Source of the DNA: Euglena gracilis
Taxonomy: Eukaryota
Direction: 5' to 3'
Length of the DNA: 64,000 bases
Assembly (NCBI GenBank): GCA_039621445.1
Contig: CP154954.1
Span: 47,967,847 to 48,031,846, forward strand
Made by a program: the position numbers and the translations under genes. A model generated the notes under the pieces. The model worked only from the letters and a program-made list of their open reading frames with translations. It made no database searches and was not told the DNA's origin. Shown here one piece after another: positions 9,201-20,600 of the stretch (positions within the stretch are counted from its first letter, which is position 1; each line of letters begins with the position of its first letter).

Positions 9201-12200
9201 AGAGGGAAGCCGACGGCAGCCACACCTTCCTCAAAGATCAGCGTCCCGGCCTCGAAGGTCACCTCCTGCAGGGCGTCGATCATTAGGTGCAGCTCCAGGC
9301 TGTCCATTTCGCTGAAGAGGTAATTGTCCCGAAGCGCCTGGGCCACAACGCAGAGCGGCGACGATAGGAGGCCGTGGGAAGCAGGGAGCAGGGCTGATGC
9401 CCGGGGAACGTTGGCAGTGCCTCACCACCGTGAGGAAGGACGCGGTGGGTCGGCCCGTTCCCGATGATTCGGAAAAAGGTGCGACAAAAACGGGCGATCA
9501 ACGCCGGAAAAAATGGTTCGGATAAACAGCAGTGAAAAAGAAAAAGTGCACCAATAATGTTAATATTTTTGATAATGATTTTGCATTTGATAAAGACACT
9601 GGTGCCTGCTCAGGGGATTTCACTCCGTTAAATGCCGAAGAAATGTTTCCTTCAGTCGGAATATCTCCAGCCGTGGCCGGCCACGGCTGGCCACAGATCC
9701 AGCCGCGGATGTTGAACCTGAACACTGAAAAGCACTGCGACAACAGTGAGTTCTCAAGAATGTGGCACTTGTGACTGCAATGGGTGTCCATATTCGTGGT
9801 AACTTGCAGCGCCCCAGCAACCCCAAAAAGCCGCCCAGCGCCTCGCTCAGGTCCCCACGTTTGTGAACCAGGTGCCGGTGGGCGGCTCTTTCGGTTAACT
9901 GAGGCCAATGCAACGACGTTGCCCGGCAATGGTTCAATTTTTGTTCATGCGGATTTAGCCGTAACCCTTCCTTCAAAAAATAAACTCATCAGAGCTTACA
10001 CGGTTCAGGGGTCTGAAACCACGGATGACGGCGATGAAACAATGGCCAGCTGACTGCGGCCGGCCGTGCCCGAAGGCGATCCAAACATTCCACCCAGTGA
10101 AAACAGATGACAAGGTGGTTGGGTCGCCAGCTGCCACCAACTCGGATGCAACATCCCACAGCCATCTCCCCAACCCAGGCACGCACTACACCCGCCTCCC
10201 TGGCAGTCTCGAAAAGCTTTAAACATTAAAGTAAACAATTCCAGAAGAATATCCAAAAAAAAAAGAGGCACCACCCCACTGAGAGCTCAGACAAAAAGAC
10301 CGGAATGATAACAATTTGGCTCATTCTGGGGAGAGAGTGAGGTCAATGGAGGAAATTTTCCCAGGAGAATTTTCGAACCACTTTGTTGGCTTCAGAGAAA
10401 AAATTTTGTCCTCTGTCCTCCCACTTCTGTCCTCCTTCCCTGCATATGATTTAGTACTGGTCCGTTCCCCTCTTTCAAAAAAAAAAGCAAGAGGAGAGAA
10501 AAAGATGGAATTTGTTACAGACAGACAATCCCCCTGGTAGACAATCAAACCCCCGGACCCCCGGCCGCCGGGAAGCGGGGGGGGGGGGGGGCATACGTGG
10601 ATGAGAGCGAAGGTGTCGTTGGCGGACTTGGGGAAGGCGGGCAGCTTGAGAGCGGGCGGGGGGCGGAGGCTGGCGATCTGCGCGATGACCTCCGTGCGGC
10701 GGGCGACAGGGCGCGGCTCGAAGGCGGTGGCAGCCTCCTCTTCGGAGTCGGTGGAGGCCTCCCCGTCCTGGGAGGCGGACCGAGACCATTCTGAACCGCC
10801 AAGGAGCGAGGGGCGCATAGTCTTTGCACTGGGCGGGTAGCCCCCAAACAGGTGTTTTCTTCGGACCCCCCAAAAGACGTCATTGGAGTTGAGGTTTTTT
10901 CGGTGAGGGAAAACGTTGAGAGAAGCACCGTCCCATGGAAAGAAAGAAAGAAAGAGTTCAACTCCAGAGCGTCCCTCAACCACCCCACTCAGAGGCGGCT
11001 GAAAAAGTTGGGCTGACACGAAAAAGGCCGCTGGCTGGCACTGGACGCCCCCGGGTTCAAATCCCGCCCGGCACCAAAGGGGCGGGGAGAGAGGGGACAC
11101 CCAGAGGCAGTCGCCCAGCCGGTACTGCGCCAGCCCCGCCGCGCTGTACGCCTCGTCCTCGACCGCCATGAAGGGGGCCGAGCCCCGGTCACTCATCGTG
11201 GGGGGCGGGCCAATGGCCGGGAGGGAGCCCGGGCCACGGGCTGGTACCTGCGGGGAGCCGGGGGTCACGGGTCGATGTAAGGGCAAGTGGGGGTAAACCC
11301 CCCCCAGTCCAGGAGGGGGCTATGCCCCCCCCACATACAGTGGCGAGGTCGGGGTGACCGATTTTTGGCTGAGCGCGAAGTGCGGGGCGGAAAACTTTGC
11401 CCCCCCCCCGCCCCAAAAATCGGCCAAAATGCCGTTTTTGTTTAGGCAAGTAACTGCAAAAAACCAAAACAAATTCGGTGGAAAGAAAAATATGTATGAC
11501 CTTTTTGGAGGAGGTCCTGGGTACCCCCAGGTGTCGGCCCAGACCTCCCTTTGGTTCTCTACCCTGGACACCATACTTGTGCCAAACTGTGGTAGGCACC
11601 CACTTCCCACATAGATTCACTTAGTGGGGGGAGGACATTTTTCCCAGGCCCCAAACCCACCCACCCACTTTTTTCAAAAAGCCACCCACACACAAACCCC
11701 CAGGGGGGGGGTCAGAGGGAGGGTTACGCTAGGAGGATGCTCCGTAGGAGGATGCTCATGAGCATCCTTGAGTGTCGCTCGAGGATGCTCATGAGCATCC
11801 TCGAGCGTCACTCGAGGATGCTCACGAGCCTGTCTCCAAATCGTTCTGGAGGGCAAATCCCTTCTGTTGCTCAACTGTTCGAGGGCCCCAAAAATAACAA
11901 AATCCCTTGTGTTTCCAAGTCGTTTTGGGGGGAAATCCCTTGTGTTTCCAAGTCGTTCTGAGGGGCAAATCCCTTCTGTTGCTCAACTGTTCGAGGGCCC
12001 CAAAAATAACAAAATCCCTTGTGTTTCCAAGTCGTTTTGGGGGGCAAATTCCTTGTGTTTCCAAATCGTTTTGGGGGGGACAAATCCCTTCTGTTGCTCA
12101 ACTGTTCGAGGGCCCCAAAATAACAAAATCCCTTGTGTTTCCAAGTCGTTTTGGGGGGAAATCCCTTGTGTTTCCAAGTCGTTCTGAGGGGCAAATCCCT

Positions 12201-15200
12201 TCTGTTGCTCAACTGTTCGAGGGCCCCAAAAATAACAAAATCCCTTGTGTTTCCAAGTCGTTTTGGGGGGAAATCCCTTGTGTTCCCAAGTCGTTCTGAG
12301 GGGCAAATCCCTTCTGTTGCTCAACTGTTCGAGGGCCCCAAAATAACAAAATCCCTTGTGTTTCCAAGTCGTTCTGAGGGGCAAACCCCTTGTGTTTCCA
12401 AGTCGTTTTGGGGGGCAAATCCCTTCAGTTGTCAACTGTTCGAGGGCCCAAAAATAACAAAATCCCTTGTGTTTCCAAGTCGTTTTGGGGGCAAATCCCT
12501 TGTGTTTCCAAGTCGTTCTGAGGGGCAAACCCCTTGTGTTTCCAAGTCGTTTTGGGGGGCAAATCCCTTCTGTTGCTCAACTGTTCGAGGGCCCAAAAAT
12601 AACAAAATCCCTTGTGTTTCCAAGTCGTTTTGGGGGCAAATCCCTTGTGTCTCCAAATCATTCTGGAGGGCAAATCCCTTCTGTTGCTCAACGGTTCGAG
12701 GGCCCAAAAATAACAAAATCCCTTGTGTTTCCAAGTCGTTTTGGGAGGCAAATCCCTTTTGTTTCCAAGTCGTTCTGAGGGGCAAACCCCTTGTGTTTCC
12801 AAGTCGTTCTGAGGGGCAAATCCCTTCTGTTGCTCAACGGTTCGAGGGCCCCAAAATAACAAAATCCCTTGTGTTTCCAAGTCGTTTTGGGGGCAAATCC
12901 CTTGTGTCTCCAAATCGTTCTGAGGGGCAAATCCCTTTTGTTATTCAACTGCTCGAGGGCCCCAAAATAACAAAACCCCTTGTGTTTCCAAGTCGTTTTG
13001 GGAGGCAAATCCCTTTTGTTTCCAAGCCGTTTTGGGGGCAAATCCCTTGTGTTTCCAAGTCGTTTTGGGGGGCAAATCCCTTCTGTTGCTCAACTGTTCG
13101 AGGGCCCCAAAATCCCTTGGGAAGACATGTGTTTCTTTTTGTGGTCCCGTGATACATGCAAGCATGACAGTAGGAGGATGCTCGAGATATCGCTCAAGGT
13201 CGCTCAAGGATGCTCATGAGCATCCTCGAGTGCCGCTCGAGGATGCTCATGAGCATCCTCGAGTGTTGTCGGAGGTCGTTCGAGGTCGCTCAAGGATGCT
13301 CATGAGCATCCTCGAGTGTCGCTCGAGGATGCTCATGAGCATCCTTGAGCGACGCTCGAGGATGCTCATGAGCATCCTTGAGCATGCTCAAGGAGCATCC
13401 TCGAGTGTGCTCAAGGATGCTCATGAGCATCCTCGAGCGACGCTCAAGGATGCTCGCTAAGCCCCCCCCCTCTCGAGGGGGGGGGCTTAAAAGCGCTCAA
13501 GGATGCTCAAGCTTGAGCGCTCGAGCTTGAGCATCCTCCTACCGTAACCCCCCCGGGGGTCAGACACCCACCCACGCACCCACCCAAAATCATGCCAAAA
13601 CCACCAAAAACACTGAAAAAATTATCCGGCTGGGCAAAAACCTGACCCATGACGCACCCGGGGGGTGAGGCGCACTCTTGAAAACGCACCCACCCCCCGC
13701 GGGGAGGGGTCGCACAGGTGTTAAGTGAATCTACGGTCTTGAAATAAGGCCTGGGTTTATTTTAATCGCTACTGACCGGGGGGTGGTCGCCATTTTGGCA
13801 AATATCGCTACTGACCGGGGGGGGGTCGTTAGACAAGACCGGGGTCAAAAAATTTTTCTCCTGCTTCACCTCAAGGCGAAAAAAAGTTTCCTTTGTCTGA
13901 CATGGCCACAACTCTCCGCTTCATGATGAAAAAAGGGAGAAACATGCAGCAATCAACAAGGCACCAACACATGGGAGAACTTGTTGACCAGGTTCAAAAT
14001 CAGCCATGAAAGTTATTTTAAAAAAAGGCTGGAGGTAAGGACGTGAATCACCTGGAAAAAGATCGCTACTGACCAGGGGAGTGGTCGTTGGACAAGGCCG
14101 GTCGTTGGACAATGCGGGGGGGGGGAGGTATGACTTATGACATTTGAAAATGATTTTTTGGGGTTTTATGCTTGTCTGTGCAGAGACAGCCGGTGGGATG
14201 GGGGGTCGGGAACCAGAGTAAATTTTAAGATATGACGCCAAATTTGCCCTGTACACTTTCTTCGAGACAGGTCAGTACACACAAAAACACTGGAACTTAT
14301 GAGAATAGGTTAGCCCTGATGTATGCAAAGGTGTGCTCAGAAGAATGTGCTTTTTTCCAAGGACTGCATATGATGTGTGTTATTTGCTGGTGCAATGCCC
14401 ATCAGGTTTTCATTTTTTTGCGGTTTGTGGCCCGGGGGGGGGGGGGGCTATCCTGGCCCCGATCCCCCAGGAGATGGGTGTTGGGCCGAAAGGAGGGACA
14501 TTTTTTCTCTGCAGCGCCAAAAACTGTATTCGCTGAAATGTGCCCGCCCTCTGGCGACGGTAATGTCCATTGCAAAGGCCTTCCCATGCCGCTCCGTCCA
14601 AATCCCCCTTCAGGGTCCATAAGACAGGAGATGAGGCAGGGGTCCAGAGCAAATGGAGCTGTGCACAGTGGAGATGGGAGGGGAGGGCGATTGTTGTGGG
14701 GCTGGCTTTATGTTGTAGTGTTCTACGCAAAGAGAGCCGGGGGGGGGGGGTGCGAATCTGGGGGCTGTAAACTGTGGTCAGTCAGGGGAACGCACAGAAG
14801 GTCAGCTGGAAGGGATGGAGGGCCCGGTCACAGGGGGTAGAAATGCCCCGCTCCACCGACGTCGCGAACCACCACATTGGGTGGGGGCCACTCCACCCAA
14901 TGCCAGCACTTCCCATGCTGCGCCTGCCAATTTTCCCGACGCCGCGGTTGCTTGGCACATCGTGGTAGGGATCCGATTTTCCCGGATTTGTGCGCAACCG
15001 TGTCTTTCCCACCATCACCCCCCCCAAACCCAATGAACACCAAGGTGACAATCTAGACGGTCCGAACACCCCCTGTCATTGGGCAGGGGCGTTCATTGGG
15101 CATGGGGGGGGGTACCATCACCCCCATCGCCAGGAGGGGCCCGGCGGGGTTGATCTGGCGGATGATGCTCCACAGGGTGTGGGTGCCGAGGGCGATGTCG

Positions 15201-16177
15201 AACGTCTCATCGCTGGTGGGCAGCGACCCGCCGTCCCAGCACAGGTCCAGCTGCTGCAGCGTCGGCCCGGGCCGGCCCCAGGCTGGCCAGGGGGCGATGA
15301 GGGGGGAATCCTCCTTAAAGCGCCGGGCCAAACCTTTTTACCCCAAAAATGACCCAAAACCGCCATGGGCACTTTCTGGGCAACGTTTTGTCAGACTGCC
15401 CAAAATATCGGCACAAAGTGACGGAAAACTGAATCTTTGAGGCAGTCCCCCCCCCCGGCCGGCCACCACCCAGCGGGGGGGAGGGAGGCCTTGCGAAAGG
15501 GGCTTCAGACGGTCGAAACCACCCCACCCTCCTTCCTGCCCAACCCTCTGGGGGGATGCAAGGTCCTTGTGGCCGAGTTGTGCAGAAAGTGGTCTTTTCC
15601 AAAGTGCATCCAACAGGAATGTTGTTCTGCGTTTGTGGGGCAATGAGTCCAGCACTGTGCGCGGGACATTGAAGAACAAAAGCCTGCCCAGCCTCTTCCC
15701 CACGACCACGTGGTCTGCTGTTCGTTAACACCTCGCCAAACCGTTCGTTTGGCGGTTCCTTTCCTCAGAAAGAAGCCCATTTCCCACTCAAACCCGAGGC
15801 AAAAGATTCGCCGCAGCCCCAGCCCCGGGGGCCGGCCCAGCGGGAGAGAGCCCACGATGTTGAGGAGCTCGGAGGTGGTGCTGAGGATGGGCCCGATGAC
15901 GAGGTGCTTGATGTGCGTGGCCTCCAGCGCCACCGCCTGGCACACCGCGGAGTCTGCGTCCTTCAGCCCCCGCCAGGCGGTGGCGAGGCGGCACCGCAGC
16001 CACACACAAAAGGCGGCCCAAACCCGATCCAAGTTGCTCAAAGGGCCTTCCCAAGAATTACTGGGGGTGGGGGGGGGGGTGGCGTCCCTGCTGGTCTGAG
16101 TACGCAGCCACACCAACTAGCAGTCACATGGAACATGATGACTCATGTGGACATGAACACAACGCATCCCACACACA

Positions 16178-16223
<46 letters not shown>

Positions 16224-17579
16224 ACACCACACCACACCACACCACACCACACCACACCACACCACACCACACCACACCACACCACACCACACCACACCAC
16301 ACCACACCACACCACACCACACCACACCACACCACACCACACCACACCACACCACACCACACCACACCACACCACACCACACCACACCACACCACACCAC
16401 ATACAACACAAACAAACACAACACAAATATGCACGCACGCACACACAACATGCACACACTCAACACACACTCATCACACAACTAGAGGCACCGTCACACT
16501 GCTGCTCATCAGATATCCTCATCAGATAGGGGTGAAACGCGTCTGGGGCTGATGGACACAGCCTGACCCAAGCACTGCCAGTTTGTGTAGATTTGCCGGC
16601 AGAGGGACACTTTGCTTGAATATTTCGTACAGTTAGCCAAATAAAATAGTTCACCAGCCTCCTCAATAGAAGCCTCAATCAGCACACCATAAACCGAAGC
16701 CAACGTCATGGCAAAACATCACACACAAATGAAATCTTTTGATAAGAAAGAAAAAGAAAAAAGAAGCTGCAGAAAAGCGCGACGGCTCCCAGGGCGCACA
16801 GAAAATGCAGCGTCTCTCAGGGCGGAAACTTGTGCTGGAGGTCCTTGAGCACGGCACTGGTCAGGGTGTGGATCGGCCCGTGGCTGGCGTGCTTCCACAC
16901 GTGGAGGTGCAGCCACTCCAGCGAGGGGTAGGGGTCGGTGGGGGGCACCACTGAGAAGAGGGTGTCGTCCACCTCGGGACGCAGGCCGGACCAGCAGGTC
17001 GCCGGCCAGCATGCAGCCACGCACATGCATGCGCACATGCCCGCGTGACAGAGAAACCCACATGTGTGCACGCACGCACACACCCACCCACCCACACACA
17101 AATAACAACACACACCAAACACAACAGACATTCGAGCGCACAAAGAAAATGAGCGCGTTCACACGACGTGGTTGCAGACATGTTGGGTCACGGCCTGGAA
17201 AGTGCCTCGGCCAAGGAAGTACAGCTCCAGGCGGCGCAGGCCAAAGCAAGTGCCAAGCAGGGTGTGGACGAACTTGTTGGTCACCTCCCCGAAGAGGACG
17301 CACGCCTGCAGCCGCGAGAAACGAGCGATGTTGGAAGCCAGGATGGTTGCTCCCAGCGGGCGACCCAAAGAGATGTTGCGAACCAACTCTCACAAACACC
17401 TTTCACCACGGGCAAACACAACCAAACCCACCCAACACATCACACACAGAGAGAGAAGGACACAGATGCACACACAGGCACACGCACACATGTACACGTG
17501 CACACAGATGAGCAATACGCATAAGCACCACATCCATCTCATAAACAACGCACGTGCACAGAACACAGGCACACACACA

Positions 17580-17647
<68 letters not shown>

Positions 17648-20600
17648 AAGGGAGATACAGACAGACAGAGAGAGAAAGAAGACACACATGGGCGCGCATG
17701 CACACTGTGGTTGGGCAGGTCGCTGGGCAGGGAGGGGAAAGGATACTGCAGCAGGAGGAATGGTTCTTGTAGGCTGCGGTAGCTGTCCCAGTGCTCCTCC
17801 CAGCCCACACTCTCGATGCTGATGCTTTCCAGCGACGGTGCCGGAAGGCCAACTCGGTAGCTTTTGATGGTGACATGAGCAGCATGAGCAATGTGAGCAT
17901 GCTGGACATATGAAAATAACATCAGATCCACTCGAATCCACTGGACCCATTTTTGAAAATATTTTTTGCTTGCATCACATTGAATCGACGGAAAAAGGTT
18001 TGAAGACAACCTTACGTAGGGCTGTTCGGGAAGGTCTGGGGGTCTGGACCCACTCCACCAAGGCAATTCACAACGGAAATTCCTTTGGTTCCGACCAGGG
18101 GCTTTTTTAAGAGTGGGGGGGGGGGGGGGGGCCCCCCCTCCCACCCACCAGGGTCCCCTAAAAATGGCCAAAAATCGCGAAAAATGCTAAGAAATAGCAC
18201 CTTTCTCAAAAATTTTCGGTGCCAAAAAGTATATCCCACCCCCCCCTACCCCCCTGGGGGGACCCCCCCCCGGGGGGTGGGGGGGCTCGGCTGGACCCAT
18301 CCACACTACCCCCCTCCCCCCGGAGGTCCAAGGCTTAAAAAAAAAAACCCTGGTTCCAACATACAAAAAAAGCTGTCGTATTCAGCAGTAATTGGCACAG
18401 ACAGGAAAAAAATGACAGTGACTTGCTGAGGGGGAAAAAAGCGAAGGCACCAAGGACACACATGCTTCCCCCACCCCAGGGGAGGGGGAAGTTGGCCCCA
18501 ATAAATTCGAAAATAAATTTTCGTGAATCCGTAAGTCCGTAAATTTTCCACTTTTGGGGGATCAGTCCCTTCCCCTGAGAGGTTGGCCTCGGGCCTGTCC
18601 TCGCCAACCCAGCCTGACAGGGGGTTGGCCTGCCCCTCTGTACTCGCCAACTTGGCTGAAGCCAACTTCCACCCCTTCCCCGGGTGGGGGGGGGGGGTAC
18701 AGAGAGCCTTCACACCCCAGAGACAGCCTCCCGGGCGGCAGGCGGGTCAGGAGCACGTCCAGCGCCGCGTCAGGCAGGCGGGGCTCGGAGTGCTGGAGGA
18801 ACGCAGCAGTGTACGGCCGCAGCCGCAGGCACTGCAGCCGGGGGACGCTGTGGGCGATCCGCTCGCAGTCCGCCCGGGAGAAGGCGCACGGCGCGGAGAT
18901 CTCCAGCCGCTCCAGCTGGGCCCATGGCCGGGGGTGGCCGCAGACCGTATAAAATGCGCCATTCCACACCCAGGTCCACCAGTGTGGACAACGATGTGGA
19001 AGGGTGCGGTGATAATATAGTTTGTGATACATATGATAATAATTCATGATACGCGTCTCTCTCTGTGTGTAATAAAATGCTATGTGCACACACACACATA
19101 GTATATTGTGATTGTAGTATATAGTATATTACACATAGTATATTGTATATTGTTATTAACATATAATATATATTAAATTGTAACACCATATATGGTATGT
19201 AGAGCGTGGTATAATGCATACAGACAAACACTCTGTGGATATGCACAAATGCGCATACAGATCCTCTGCAGGAAGGTGTGTTCTGTTAAGCTTGGCTTTT
19301 ATGAAGTTTTTGTATTTGCATCCGCTGTGCTTTGCATGTGAGAAGAAGAAGTTTGCCTCCTCATCGACCTCACCCCAGAATTGATGGTCCACAGACAGGC
19401 CATGTTTGGGGTGACTGGTGGATGATGTGCAATATGTCGCGGAACAGAGGGAGGCGCTCCGATCTTTGGCAAACATCGGCAAAACCAAGCAGGTCTGCTG
19501 ACATTATCTTGAGCAGTTTTATAGGGCCCAAACCAGGGGTCACCGGCACTGCCACGGGAGGGAAAAGCAGCCGGCATCCTCCTGGACACAACACTCCCCA
19601 ACACACCCCCGGGACAGCACGCCGGAGCAGACAGGGGAGCCTCGGCGGGAGCACCACACCGGAGGGGATGGCGTGGGGATGCTCGGAGACGCACAGCTCC
19701 CGCAGCTGCGGGAAGGCGCAGCATGCGAACCGCGACCGCGCGGCGGGGGCGACGCAGCCGACGTTTTCGATGTGAAGCACCCGGAGGGCGGGGGCGTCCC
19801 GGCCCTGTCTCTCCAAGGTCCATGGCCCGAGGACCCCCACACAAATATGGGATTATGAGGAGGGGGCAGGTGACCTCTTAACTGAAATGGACTTCGGGCG
19901 TTCGATGGCGCCAGGATGCTTCAGTCGCTCATCTCCCGGCAGAAAGGGAGCGTCTAGGGAGGGCAGCTGAGAAACTTGAGTTGAAATCTGTGGCATGCAA
20001 AAGGGTTGGTCAGGAATGCTCACCGCTCATCGGCATGGAAACCAGCAGGTGGAAGGCTGTTCGATTGGTGACACATCACAAGGAGGACAGTGTGGGGGGG
20101 GACACCTGAGGTTGGCCCCCAGGCGACTCCAGTTCCCTTCTCACGTCGCGGAAATGGGAGGGGGGGGCGAGGGTCGGGGCGGGCGGCGTGCGAGAGGGGC
20201 GGCAGCGCCTCCGGCTTGGCGGGCACCGGCGGCCGCGTGAAGCGCACGCCGCCGAGGCGCAGCTCCGCCAGGCGGGGGCAGCCCGCCAGGAGGGGGCCGA
20301 GCAGCGCGGCGTCCAGCGGCACCTCGCAGCCCCCGCCGCTCGGCGCCGGGTCCGGCCGGTCCGTCTTCCACAGCCGCTCGGGGGCGGGGCGTCCCGTGGT
20401 CCGCCGTCCTCCGATGACACGCAGGAGGGCAGGGGGGGGGGCTGATCGCACCCGACACATCAAATCTGAAGCAGCAGCAAACAGAGGGGTCTCTAAAGGC
20501 CCCGTACAACCCCGTTAACCGTGGTTTTTGATGAGGCGGCCTTTCGCATAAACGACGCATAAACGACACAAACTCTCCCCAGGAGTAAACTAGCAGGGGG

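Larger units (their letters stand above)
11610..13735. mobile_element. Composite TIR-bounded element carrying palindromic repeats and a minisatellite
   Basis: Outer inverted repeat CATAGATTCACTTA/TAAGTGAATCTACG; inner inverted repeat GGTTACGCTAGGAGGATGCTC (11721) / GAGCATCCTCCTACCGTAACC (to 13549); no TSD seen. Confidence 0.55.

Noticed and set aside
12133-13152. 339-aa ORF and overlapping ORFs
   Set aside because: They are translations of the minisatellite in several frames, with no domain signal.
11733-13540. CRISPR-like regularly spaced and palindromic repeats
   Set aside because: The intervening sequences are themselves repeats rather than unique spacers, there are no cas genes, and the context is eukaryotic; this is a satellite.
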